A stretch of 64,000 nt of DNA from Fibrobacteria bacterium (GTDB lineage: Bacteria; Fibrobacterota; Fibrobacteria; UBA11236), in assembly GCA_041746255.1 (NCBI GenBank), contig JBGTHM010000067.1:11254-75253 (forward strand), in the 5' to 3' direction. The translations under genes and the position numbers were made by a program. The notes beneath the pieces were generated by a model, which saw only the letters and a program-made list of their open reading frames with translations, was not told where the DNA came from and made no database searches. Positions within the stretch are counted from its first letter, which is position 1, and each line of letters begins with the position of its first letter. This document shows, in pieces, positions 37,848 through 47,377 of this stretch.

Positions 37848-39725
37848 ATGGTCGAAAAACCCGGAACTATTTTACCCGATAAAACTCCATGGGAGACTTT
37901 AAAGGGCTGCGCCGATTTTATTGGATTGAAACAATTGCTCAACGATTACGGTGTTGATAACCTCACCCTCCAGCAAATCCAGACCCTGGGGCGCAGAATC
38001 CAGAAAATGGGCGGTAAAGACGTTCTCCGCATTGCCTTCATGGGAAACTTCACCTTGGATTTGTTGCCGGCGGGCGTTACGGTACGTGGCGCTACCGCCG
38101 GATTGCAGGCCAAGCATTACCTGGGCGGATTCAACCAGTATTATCAGGAGATGCTGGATTCCGAATCCGGATTGCGGACTTTCGCCGCCGACTATATCGT
38201 ATTGGCGCTGAGCCTCAGGCTGTTAGAGCCCGACCTCCATTATAATTATGCGGGTTTGGATGAGAAGACCCGTGAGGAAAGGAAGGAGCGTGCCCTCCAC
38301 CATATCCTCGATTGGGTTAAACTTTCGCTGGAAAACACCTCGGCCACCTTATTGATAGCGAATTTTGCTCTGCCTATTCATTTGGCGGCCGGAATCGGAG
38401 ACAAAAAACTTCCCGGTGACGAGACCACCTTCTACCACGACTTGAACAAAAAGTTGGCCGAGGCTTTGCTGAACGAAGACCGCTGCTTTATCCTGGATAT
38501 CGACAACCTCGCCGCCAATTTCGGCAGGAAAAAAGTTTGCGATCCCAAGCTGTTTTTTATGGCCAAAATGGAGTGGAGCGAACCCTTTATGGGGGAAGTT
38601 TCCCGTACCGTATGGAAATTCATTCAATCCATTCAGGGGCTCGGTAAAAAGTGTCTGGTCCTTGATCTCGACAACACCCTGTGGGGCGGAGTAGTGGGGG
38701 AGGATGGCGTCCTTGGCGTTAAAGTGGGTCAGGGAGATCCCACCGCCGAAGCTTTTTTGGAATTTCAGCACTGCATCAAAGGCCTTAAGGCCCGTGGAAT
38801 TCTTCTGGCCCTTTGCAGCAAGAATAACTTGGCGGACGTAGAGGAGATTTTTTCCCTAAGAACGGAAATGCCCCTGAAATGGAGCGACTTCTCCGCTGTC
38901 GCCGTCAATTGGGAGCCCAAACACGAGAATATCCGTCGGATTGCTTCCGAGCTGAATATCGGCACAGATAGTATGGTTTTTCTGGACGATAACCCGGCCG
39001 AATGCTCCCTGGTTCGGCAAATGCTTCCTGAAGTATTGACGGTGCTCCTGCCGGAAGACCCTGCGGCCTATGTCGATGTCTTATCGGAACTGGACGGATT
39101 GGAGCGCGCCGCCATCCTCGCCGACGACCTGCGCAAATCGGAACAATACGGTTTGCAAAAACAAAGAACCGTGCATCGCGCTTCCGTGACCGATATGGAT
39201 GCTTATCTGCGCAGCCTGGAAACGGAGGTCACCATTCGTAGCGCAGCCAAGGAGGATTTGGCGAGAGTCCACCAGCTGTTCAATAAAACCAATCAATTCA
39301 ACCTGACCACCAAACGGTATTCGCTGGGCGAAGTGGAAAGCTTTTTCACCAGCGAAAAGCATGTGCTGGGAACAGTATCCGCCGGAGACCGCTTCGGCGA
39401 CCTGGGACTTATCGGCGTGTTTTTACTGGAGTGGCGGGAAAATGGCGGTGTTCTGGACAGCTTGCTGATGAGCTGCCGGGCCATGGGTCGGGGGATTGAA
39501 AGCGCCATGATGAATCATGTCAAATCCCTCATGGAAAAAAATCCGGGCATGCGGCAATTGGAGGCCGTATATCTGCCCACGCCTAAAAACCAACCCGTGG
39601 AAAATTTCCTTGAAGGGCAAGGGTTTAAGGTGACGGAGGCCCGGGACGACGGATCGAAACATTATCTTTTGGCCTATACGGAGATTCAAGCAATCGACTG
39701 CGCCTGGATCCGGCTGAAAAATTAA
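37848..39725 (+). CDS. FkbH-like HAD-IIIC glyceryl transferase/phosphatase with C-terminal GNAT-like domain
   Basis: KKCLVLDLDNTLWGGVVGEDG, CSKNN, VFLDDNPAE, KTNQFNLTT, DRFGDLG, MSCRAMGRGIE. Confidence 0.95.
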   Translation: MVEKPGTILPDKTPWETLKGCADFIGLKQLLNDYGVDNLTLQQIQTLGRRIQKMGGKDVLRIAFMGNFTLDLLPAGVTVRGATAGLQAKHYLGGFNQYYQEMLDSESGLRTFAADYIVLALSLRLLEPDLHYNYAGLDEKTREERKERALHHILDWVKLSLENTSATLLIANFALPIHLAAGIGDKKLPGDETTFYHDLNKKLAEALLNEDRCFILDIDNLAANFGRKKVCDPKLFFMAKMEWSEPFMGEVSRTVWKFIQSIQGLGKKCLVLDLDNTLWGGVVGEDGVLGVKVGQGDPTAEAFLEFQHCIKGLKARGILLALCSKNNLADVEEIFSLRTEMPLKWSDFSAVAVNWEPKHENIRRIASELNIGTDSMVFLDDNPAECSLVRQMLPEVLTVLLPEDPAAYVDVLSELDGLERAAILADDLRKSEQYGLQKQRTVHRASVTDMDAYLRSLETEVTIRSAAKEDLARVHQLFNKTNQFNLTTKRYSLGEVESFFTSEKHVLGTVSAGDRFGDLGLIGVFLLEWRENGGVLDSLLMSCRAMGRGIESAMMNHVKSLMEKNPGMRQLEAVYLPTPKNQPVENFLEGQGFKVTEARDDGSKHYLLAYTEIQAIDCAWIRLKN

Positions 39726-39733
39726 GGAATAGC

Positions 39734-39961
39734 ATGGAAGACGATATCAAAGAAATCATGGCGGAGATTCTGGATGTGGACTCGGCGGACATTAACGAAA
39801 ATTTCGGTCCGGAAAATACCGATAATTGGGACTCCTTGAGCAACCTCCGCTTGATTTCGGCCTTGGAAGAAAGGTTCTCCATTAAACTGACCATGCAGGA
39901 AATCGGTACCATGACCGATTTCCATCAGATCAAAAAGGTTGTTTCGGGTAAGGCGAAATGA
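39734..39961 (+). CDS. Acyl carrier protein
   Basis: 75 aa, acidic, NWDSL phosphopantetheinylation motif, ALEERFSI. Confidence 0.92.
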   Translation: MEDDIKEIMAEILDVDSADINENFGPENTDNWDSLSNLRLISALEERFSIKLTMQEIGTMTDFHQIKKVVSGKAK

Positions 39962-40485
39962 CTTTACGGAAAATCTTCGCCCGGTTTTTCATGCCGGGTT
40001 CTCTAATCAGCTTGTATTACCTCCGAAAATTCGGATGTCAAATCAGCCCGCGGGCCGAAGTGGAATTGAGCCCGCTATTGACTATCGGCAAAAAAACCGC
40101 GATAAGCTCCTTCACCAAAATCAAAGCGACGGACGGACCCTTGAAAATCGGCGCGCGCGTCCATATCGCCACCAGCTGTTTTATCGCCAGCCACTTCGGC
40201 GGCCTGCAAATCGGCGACGATTGCATGATCAGCCCCAACGTTTCCATTATCGGCAACAACTATCGCTATGATGAATTGGAAACGCCGTTCATGCAGCAAG
40301 GGGTTACTTCCAAAGGCATTGTAATCGGCCGCAATGTCTGGATTGGCAGCGGAGCCTGCATTTTAGATGGAGCCCGTATCGGCAACAATGTGATTATCAC
40401 CCCCAACTCCGTCGTCTCCGCCAAAGTGCCGGACAATACCATTCTCCAAGGCAATCCCGCGAAGGTGATCTTCACTCGGAGATAA
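39958..40485 (+). CDS. Hexapeptide-repeat (LbH) acyltransferase
   Basis: IGKKTAI, IGARVHI, IGDDCMISPNV, IGRNVWIG, GNPAKVI. Confidence 0.9.
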   Translation: MTLRKIFARFFMPGSLISLYYLRKFGCQISPRAEVELSPLLTIGKKTAISSFTKIKATDGPLKIGARVHIATSCFIASHFGGLQIGDDCMISPNVSIIGNNYRYDELETPFMQQGVTSKGIVIGRNVWIGSGACILDGARIGNNVIITPNSVVSAKVPDNTILQGNPAKVIFTRR

Positions 40486-40491
40486 GGCCTA

Positions 40492-41061
40492 ATGCCGTTG
40501 CCTATCGCCCATGCGGCCATTGCCGTTTGCCTGACCCGCATCATTCCGATGGGAAGCCAGATGGGATCCCCTTCCAGGCGACGCCTTTCAGTCTTGGCTT
40601 TGGGGTTTATCGCCGCGGTTTCCCCCGATTTCGATTTTATTCCCGGGCTTTTATCGGGCGAGACCAACCGGTTCCACCAAGGCCCCACGCATAGCCTCTT
40701 CGGAGCGGCCCTGTGCGGACTGCTCGTTTACCTTTTCTTTCTTCCCTTTCTAAAAGGTTTGCCGAAAATTGCCTTAATAATTTATGCCATGCTCGCAGCA
40801 CTTTTCCATCCAGTGCTCGACCTTTTTTCCCGGGATACCCGGCCGCCTATTGGCGTTCCCCTTTTTTGGCCTTTTGCCGAGGGGCATGTCATCTCACCCT
40901 TTCCACTTTTCCGTTCGGTACATCGTTCGAGCGAAGCCGGAGAATTTTTCGCATCCTTGTTCTCCCTGCATAATTTCATGGCTGCGGGCCAGGAACTGAT
41001 ATTCGGCCTAATCCTAATCACCGCGACTTGGGCCTTCACAAAAAAGAGGAAGTCATCATGA
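40492..41061 (+). CDS. YdjM/DUF457-like membrane metal-dependent hydrolase
   Basis: N-terminal PIAH, PDFDF, HQGPTHSL, HPVLD, GVPLFWPF. Confidence 0.85.
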   Translation: MPLPIAHAAIAVCLTRIIPMGSQMGSPSRRRLSVLALGFIAAVSPDFDFIPGLLSGETNRFHQGPTHSLFGAALCGLLVYLFFLPFLKGLPKIALIIYAMLAALFHPVLDLFSRDTRPPIGVPLFWPFAEGHVISPFPLFRSVHRSSEAGEFFASLFSLHNFMAAGQELIFGLILITATWAFTKKRKSS

Positions 41062-42041
41062 AAGTGCTTGTTACCGGAGCCACGGGATTTACCGGAACAG
41101 CTCTGCTAAAACGACTGGTTTCGCAAGGTGCGACCGTACGCGCCATCGCCCGCTCCAGTTCCAACCTGAAACCCTTCGAAGGCATGCCTATCGAATGGAT
41201 ACGCGGAGACGTTTACGATCCGATTACGGTGACCCAGGCGATGGTCGGCATTGAATACGTATTTCATATCGCCGCGGCCTATCGAGAAGCCAAAATCTCC
41301 GACGACATTTATGCCAAGGTGCATGTGGAAAGCACCAAATTACTGGTCCGTGAGGCGATAAGGCAGCCCGCCTTCCAGAGATTCGTCCATGTCTCTACCA
41401 TGGGAGTACATGGGCATGTGGAAAACCCTCCCGGAAATGAAAACTCTCCCTATAGCCCCGGCGATTTGTATCAAGAAACCAAGTTGGAAGCGGAGCTCTG
41501 GATTCGAAAATTTTCCGAAACCAACGGGCTTCCCCTGTCGGTGATACGGCCTTGCGCCATTTATGGACCGGGCGATAAGCGGTTGCTGAAATTATTCAAA
41601 ATGGCCAAGCGCCCCCTGGTCCCAATTCTTGGCTATACCAAGGGCCTGTACCATCTCATTCATGTCGAAGATTTGGTCGAATACATGCTGGAGGCCGCCA
41701 TTTCTCCCAAAGCCCTGGGCGAAGTCTTTCTCTGCGGCAACCCGGAGCCCATGCGGCTGGTGGACTTAATCACCACCATCGGCAACGAATTGGGAAAAAG
41801 CCCTAAATTCGTACGCATCCCAGCCGCCCCATTTTTCGCCTTGGGGTATTTATGCGAAAAAACCTTTCCTCTGTTCAATTTAGAGCCACCGATTTATCGG
41901 CGCAGAGTAGCCTTTTTTACCAAAGATCGTAGTTTCGACACCTCAAAATTGATTAATACGCTCGGGTCCAAGTTCAAATACTCCAATCAGTCCGGTTTAG
42001 CCGCCACCGCCCGCTGGTACTTGGATAAGGGTTGGCTATAA
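41058..42041 (+). CDS. NAD-dependent epimerase/dehydratase (extended SDR)
   Basis: LVTGATGFTG, FHIAA, HVST, YQETK, RPCAIYGPGD. Confidence 0.92.
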   Translation: MKVLVTGATGFTGTALLKRLVSQGATVRAIARSSSNLKPFEGMPIEWIRGDVYDPITVTQAMVGIEYVFHIAAAYREAKISDDIYAKVHVESTKLLVREAIRQPAFQRFVHVSTMGVHGHVENPPGNENSPYSPGDLYQETKLEAELWIRKFSETNGLPLSVIRPCAIYGPGDKRLLKLFKMAKRPLVPILGYTKGLYHLIHVEDLVEYMLEAAISPKALGEVFLCGNPEPMRLVDLITTIGNELGKSPKFVRIPAAPFFALGYLCEKTFPLFNLEPPIYRRRVAFFTKDRSFDTSKLINTLGSKFKYSNQSGLAATARWYLDKGWL

Positions 42042-42080
42042 AGCTGAGACCATTTTTAGGGCGCAATTTGCGGTCAGACT

Positions 42081-42089
42081 TGATATAAT
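42081..42089 (+). promoter_or_regulatory. Extended -10 promoter element
   Basis: TGATATAAT (TGnTATAAT), ~60 nt upstream of ATG 42149. Confidence 0.5.
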
Positions 42090-42148
42090 GGATATTCGAC
42101 GCTCTTGAATCGGACCAAGGGAAAAGGCCGCCCAAGCAGCAGGATTTT

Positions 42149-44968
42149 ATGCAGCAAGCTTCAAGAACTCATACCCAACTCCGGGTTTCACTTCCGCTGG
42201 TTGGGCTTTTGCTCCTTTCCCACCTGCAAGCGCAATCCCTCCATCAACTCGTGGAAGAGCAAATGACTTGGCCCAACCACGGCCTTTCCAATCCCTTTTT
42301 ACAGACTGAACTCGAATTGCAAATCCAAGCTCCTACGGGCCGCTCTCCCAATACTTTCCGGTTTTTCGGATTTCATGATGGCGACGGCAAGGGCGGGCAA
42401 TCGGGAGACGTTTGGAAATTCCGGATTATGTTCGATGCCCCCGGTGATTGGTCGATTACCGCTCGCTTCGTAAACCCCGCGACCGGCCAACCCATGACGG
42501 GCTCTCCCGCGGCCAAGCAATTCCAATATACCGTAAGCGCCACTCCCGCCGCCTCCAACCACGGTCATATTCGTATCGATCCCGATAATAATTCCCGATT
42601 TCGTCATAAGGATGGTACGCCTTTTGTACCCTTTCCCATCCATGCCTCCATGTTGCTGGAGCGTAGCCTCAGTATTTCCCAACAATGGATAGATGCCCAC
42701 GCCGCATTGGGCGTTAATGCCTTGACGGTGCGGTTCCATAGCGAGGCCGGCCCCGCGTTGAGTGAAAACGGGTTTTACCATTTTCTAGGCAAGAACGGCT
42801 CGCGGATATTGAGATGGCCCGGATCCATAAATGATTTTGACTATACCCGCTACGATATTGCGGCCTGGACTCACAATGAAAAAGTCATTCAAATGGCCGA
42901 AGACAAAGGCATCAAGCTTTCCATTTGGTTCGGTATCAGCGGCATTAACGAACAGTATTGGAGTTATGGTCCCAAGGATTTCACGGATAACGTTAAAGTC
43001 GGGCCACAACAAAAACAATTCATCCGCTACCTGCTGGCGCGATGGGCCGCCATGCCGACCTGGTGGCATTGGACGGTGGACAGTGAATATGAAGAAACCG
43101 GCGGTCAGGCGCTGGCTCGGAATCAAAATTACGCCGCGGCCCTTAAAGCCGAAAACCCCTGGTCCACTTTAGTCACCACCCATGTGCTATTGGATTGGAC
43201 ACCGAAGAACGCCCCCGAATTCGACTTCGTCACTCTGCAGCGCATGGTGCCCGATCAAAACAATTTGGTGGGAGCGGTGAAAAGCCTGGTCGAATTCAAT
43301 TCGGGTTACGGAAAACCGGTTTATAATGCCGAAGGAGTTTGGTATTTGGCGAATGCCGATCGCACCCGCATCGCCTTGATGGCCCATATCATGGCCGGTG
43401 GATACGCGCATGTAGCCCATGGCCAATCCGAACACAAGGTTTCTTCCTGGGGTTCCGATTGGAATTTCGTGCAGGCCAGACACAAGGAAGACGCGAAAGT
43501 GGTGGGGAATCTGGCCCAGGCCTTCAATAAAATTCCGGCGCTGGAAATCGGTTCGGCGCGCCCCTCCCATTCCCTGGTTTCGGAAGCTTCCGGTTTAGAG
43601 GCCTTCTGCCTGGCCGCCCCCTCGCAAACCTACCTGGTCTGGCTGCCCTCCGGCGGCCAAGCCTCTTTGGACTTGAAAGGCGTTAGCGGAGAATTTCAAG
43701 TTACCCGTTACCTGGGCAAGGATTTTCAGGATCAGAAAAATCTGGGAACCGTCAATGCCGGGAGTATTATCCAATTGGAAGCCGCGCCCAAAATGGGTTT
43801 CGGAAACGACTACCTCTTCGTAATCCGTAATAAAGGCGCCCTGCAATTGGGAATTTCTACGCCTCCGAAATTGACCGCTTATATAGGCAAGCCCTTTGTA
43901 GAAGTCTTGCAAGCCGCAGGAGGAATTGCTGCCCTGCAATGGAAATTGGAATCGGGCAACCTGCCGAACGGAATTTTGCTGGTCAACAATACCCTGACGG
44001 GGACCCCGCTTACACAAGGAGAAAGTACATTCGAACTGTCCGTAACTGACGGAAACAGCACGGCGAAAAGAAGCTTTACCCTCACCGTCGCCGCAGCTCC
44101 CGAGACCGACCCTCCGGTAATCAGCAATTTCACGGTGCAGAATATCTCCCTGTCCGGAGCCACCGTCGCTTGGACCACCAACGAACCCGCCTCCAGCCGG
44201 GTGCAATGGGGTAACGCCAAAGGTTCGTATACCGGCGAAAGCGGAGTCGTCGCCACCCGCCAAACCGCGCATGCCGTTCCCATAACCGGACCCTTTACCG
44301 CCGACCAACAAGTGTTCGTACTGATAATCACCTCCGATACCGTGGGAAATACCAGCACCTTCGAAGGCGATTTCCAGGTAAAAATCTCGGACCCCGGCCT
44401 TATCGTGAAAGCCTATCATGGCGGGGCGACCCCGCCTCAAATCGTCAAGGGCGGATTGACCGAGGGTGCGAACAGCGCCATGGACAGACAAGACACCTGG
44501 AAGAACGTCCCCAACGAATTGAAAAATCTTCCCTATTTAATGACATCGCGCGATGACAAGGCTCATGCTTTGGACGCCGACGGCATTATGTATGAAATCG
44601 AATCCGGCCTTCCCACGATTGTATTGGCACTGGTAGACGGCTCACCCGCGTGGTTGGAAAAAGACGGGTGGGAGGGGGTTGATTTACCGGGACCGAATAC
44701 CCATGATACCGACTATAAAGTCTACCGGAAACAATTCGCAGCCGGGGTCATTCCCCTAAAACGGTGGAAAGCCGGCGAATCCCAGGGGACAAGTTATTTA
44801 TTCCAATCCCTCGGAGGAGTCGGGTCCCTGAATGCTTCAAAATTCGAGCAATCGAAAGCCTTTTTTTTTCATGGCCTATCGAACGGTGCGTTCCTTTTCC
44901 GTCCCGCTCATCGGGATGGGGATGTTATTGACGCTGCTGGCCGGGTTCGGCGTATACCGCTTCGTTAA
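42149..44968 (+). CDS. Secreted DUF5060/DUF4038 (GH140/apiosidase-like) protein with Ig, FN3 and unnamed modules
   Basis: NPF...FGFHDGDG...WKFRIMFDAPGDW, FRHKDGTPF, IRYLLARW, KPVYNAEG, CLAAPSQTYLVWLPSGG; He_PIG-like LESGNLPNG; WTTNEPASSRVQWG; tail IDAAGRV. Confidence 0.7.
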   Translation: MQQASRTHTQLRVSLPLVGLLLLSHLQAQSLHQLVEEQMTWPNHGLSNPFLQTELELQIQAPTGRSPNTFRFFGFHDGDGKGGQSGDVWKFRIMFDAPGDWSITARFVNPATGQPMTGSPAAKQFQYTVSATPAASNHGHIRIDPDNNSRFRHKDGTPFVPFPIHASMLLERSLSISQQWIDAHAALGVNALTVRFHSEAGPALSENGFYHFLGKNGSRILRWPGSINDFDYTRYDIAAWTHNEKVIQMAEDKGIKLSIWFGISGINEQYWSYGPKDFTDNVKVGPQQKQFIRYLLARWAAMPTWWHWTVDSEYEETGGQALARNQNYAAALKAENPWSTLVTTHVLLDWTPKNAPEFDFVTLQRMVPDQNNLVGAVKSLVEFNSGYGKPVYNAEGVWYLANADRTRIALMAHIMAGGYAHVAHGQSEHKVSSWGSDWNFVQARHKEDAKVVGNLAQAFNKIPALEIGSARPSHSLVSEASGLEAFCLAAPSQTYLVWLPSGGQASLDLKGVSGEFQVTRYLGKDFQDQKNLGTVNAGSIIQLEAAPKMGFGNDYLFVIRNKGALQLGISTPPKLTAYIGKPFVEVLQAAGGIAALQWKLESGNLPNGILLVNNTLTGTPLTQGESTFELSVTDGNSTAKRSFTLTVAAAPETDPPVISNFTVQNISLSGATVAWTTNEPASSRVQWGNAKGSYTGESGVVATRQTAHAVPITGPFTADQQVFVLIITSDTVGNTSTFEGDFQVKISDPGLIVKAYHGGATPPQIVKGGLTEGANSAMDRQDTWKNVPNELKNLPYLMTSRDDKAHALDADGIMYEIESGLPTIVLALVDGSPAWLEKDGWEGVDLPGPNTHDTDYKVYRKQFAAGVIPLKRWKAGESQGTSYLFQSLGGVGSLNASKFEQSKAFFFHGLSNGAFLFRPAHRDGDVIDAAGRVRRIPLR

Positions 44969-46467
44969 GCGGAGAGAACCTCGCCCTTGAGAGTCTGCCT
45001 TACCCTTTGCATTTCTAATTGAAGGCGTTGCGGGTCCCAGGCAAACCTCTCGCCTACGGCCTCGATAATCGGTAAAACGCGAGCCGGATTATCTCCCAAG
45101 CTACAGCGCCTCAACAATAAATCATCCAGATGAAGAACCGATTCTTCCAAGCGAATCTGGTCCAGCGAATCCAGTACCTCGGACGGCGCCAGACTGCCTT
45201 CCCAATCGAGAGGAAATATGCCTCTCTTCCAATCGGGACTCCAGCAAGCATGAAATTCCGAATCCGACATTCTTGGGTGCCCGGGAAAGACCGAAGACAG
45301 TGCCTTATCCGCCACGGCACGTGCGGTGGTGAACTTGACTCCCGATAGGCTATACAGACCCTCCGGCCCACCGTGCCGGGAATGCTTGTAGAGAATATCT
45401 TCCTTACGTAATTCTCCCTTGGCGTTCCCAGGCACAACGCCGGCGAATACCCGGAGGATGTCGGTTTTCTTCAGCTTTAATTCCGGCATTAATCCGTTGA
45501 TATCCTGTATAAAATCACTCAACACGGCTGCTCCAGGCATTTTCACTCCCTGCCGCTCCGTCCAAGGCATCTGGCCCGTGCCAATCAGCATTTTGTCTTT
45601 CCAAGGATGAAGAAAGTAAGCGCCACCCGCCTTGGATTTCGAAAACAAGGCCAGGGCATGGCGGCTCGGCGGAAGTCTATCCACCAGAAGATTCCACATC
45701 AAAACCCCATCGGATGCAATTGCCTTGGATGCAGCATCGAACCTACGCGCTACCTCCCGGCACCACGGGCCCGCCGCGTTGATGATATGGCGGCCCTGAA
45801 AGGTATGAATCTCATCCTTTTCCACATCTCGCGCCCTTACCCGTAACCCACCGGTATCGGAAAGGGACAACGACTCCGCCCGAACATAGTTCAAAGCGTT
45901 TCCACCCTGCGCGCATCCCCATCGCAGAGTCTCCATGAGAATGCGCTGATTTTCCAAGATGGAACCATCGTACCAAATAGCGCCGCCCTTTAATCCTGTA
46001 CCTGAAATCCCCGGCGCCAAGCGCTGGGTTTCTTCCGCGGATACAAGCTTTCCATCCGGCAGCATCTGTCCGGCATCCAAACCCCGGTTACGGCCGGATG
46101 AGAGCAGGTTATTGAGCCCCAGCGCAACTTGGAATATCACCGGGCGCTTTAAACCTTCGCCATACAAAGGCATGAGACAGGGAAGCGGAGTGGTAAAGTT
46201 GGGATAAGTTTTTAGAAACCACTTTCTTTCCTGAACGGATTGCCGGAATCGACCCAAATCAAGGCTTTGCAAATACCGCAAGCCGCCGTGCAAAATGCGA
46301 TGGTGGTGGTAACTCGTTTCACCTCCAAAATCACCCTGTTCCAACAAAAGCCATCGCAGGTTCCGTCGCGAGGCCTCCATGCCCAGCATAATGCCGAATA
46401 CTCCGCCCCCGACGATGACCAAGTCATGGCTTATGCGCGCTAGTTCTTGGGGATCCCGTCTGATCAT
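44965..46467 (-). CDS. FAD-dependent oxidoreductase, glycerol-3-phosphate dehydrogenase (GlpD/GlpA)-like
   Basis: DLVIVGGG, LEQGDFGGETS, LHGGLRYL, INAAGPW, GVKFTTAR, DLLLRR; ATGA-coupled to the upstream gene. Confidence 0.85.
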   Translation of the reverse strand: MIRRDPQELARISHDLVIVGGGVFGIMLGMEASRRNLRWLLLEQGDFGGETSYHHHRILHGGLRYLQSLDLGRFRQSVQERKWFLKTYPNFTTPLPCLMPLYGEGLKRPVIFQVALGLNNLLSSGRNRGLDAGQMLPDGKLVSAEETQRLAPGISGTGLKGGAIWYDGSILENQRILMETLRWGCAQGGNALNYVRAESLSLSDTGGLRVRARDVEKDEIHTFQGRHIINAAGPWCREVARRFDAASKAIASDGVLMWNLLVDRLPPSRHALALFSKSKAGGAYFLHPWKDKMLIGTGQMPWTERQGVKMPGAAVLSDFIQDINGLMPELKLKKTDILRVFAGVVPGNAKGELRKEDILYKHSRHGGPEGLYSLSGVKFTTARAVADKALSSVFPGHPRMSDSEFHACWSPDWKRGIFPLDWEGSLAPSEVLDSLDQIRLEESVLHLDDLLLRRCSLGDNPARVLPIIEAVGERFAWDPQRLQLEMQRVRQTLKGEVLSA

Positions 46468-47306
46468 TGGGAAAGTTTTCCTGCACCTGAAAGGCTCCGG
46501 CGGTTTTGCCATTGGATGGCGAATTGATTTCGGAGGAAAGACAGAAGCCTTTCTCTTTTTCCAAAGGGCTTTAACTCGCTGCGAGCATCACGGATAGCCG
46601 TCAATAACGATTCCGTCGGTCGTTTTTCATCCAATTCCCAGTGTAAATGGAATCCGTTCCGCGCCGCCATGCCCACCTCAGAAGGCAGCGGCAACGGATC
46701 GCTTCCAGGCAATACCTTAAGGCCGGGGTTGCGGGAAAAGTGACGTGGCGTCCCCCAGAAACCCGGCCGACCGCTATTATCTCCCAGAAACAAATGCGGG
46801 AAGGTGGCTTTTTCAATGAGGGCGGTAACCAAAGCGCCGCGACGACCCAGCCATTTACCGACGCCCCAGGGCAGAACGGGAATGGCGCCGCTTTCACGAA
46901 TACTCGCCAGAGTTGCTTCCGCCGATAATCCATCCGGAATAGCCTGGGCGGTCCCCAAAGCCAATACTTCCAGCTTCTCAGCCGTATTGATTTGCAAACC
47001 GGGCAGCAAAAAAATTTTCCCTTTGCCGGGAGATACCGCCCTGAAGGAATCGGCTTCTTCCGTCCGATCAAATTTCCAGCGCTTCTGCGCAGCATTTTCC
47101 TCACATTCAGAACGTACCCGGTGTATGCCTTTGTCTTTGGCGGATTGGGTCAGGAACAGAACATAAGTGCCGGCTCCCTGGTCCGTAAGCTGCCTTGCGG
47201 CGTCCTGGAAATTTTGCAGCGCATGGTCCAGAAAAAGCTCAAGGTCGAACAAGTCGTACAGATGGATATGGCTGTCCACAAATACGGTGTTAAGGGAATG
47301 AGTCAT
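46464..47306 (-). CDS. PHP-like putative metal-dependent phosphoesterase
   Basis: DSHIH, EKLEVLALG, GAIPVLPWGVGKW, PGSD. Confidence 0.6.
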   Translation of the reverse strand: MTHSLNTVFVDSHIHLYDLFDLELFLDHALQNFQDAARQLTDQGAGTYVLFLTQSAKDKGIHRVRSECEENAAQKRWKFDRTEEADSFRAVSPGKGKIFLLPGLQINTAEKLEVLALGTAQAIPDGLSAEATLASIRESGAIPVLPWGVGKWLGRRGALVTALIEKATFPHLFLGDNSGRPGFWGTPRHFSRNPGLKVLPGSDPLPLPSEVGMAARNGFHLHWELDEKRPTESLLTAIRDARSELKPFGKRERLLSFLRNQFAIQWQNRRSLSGAGKLSQ

Positions 47307-47377
47307 TTTTTCTACCTTACCGGTCGGTCTTATCCTACAATATGCAAAACCCGCAAAGGATATAAATCTACCTACCC

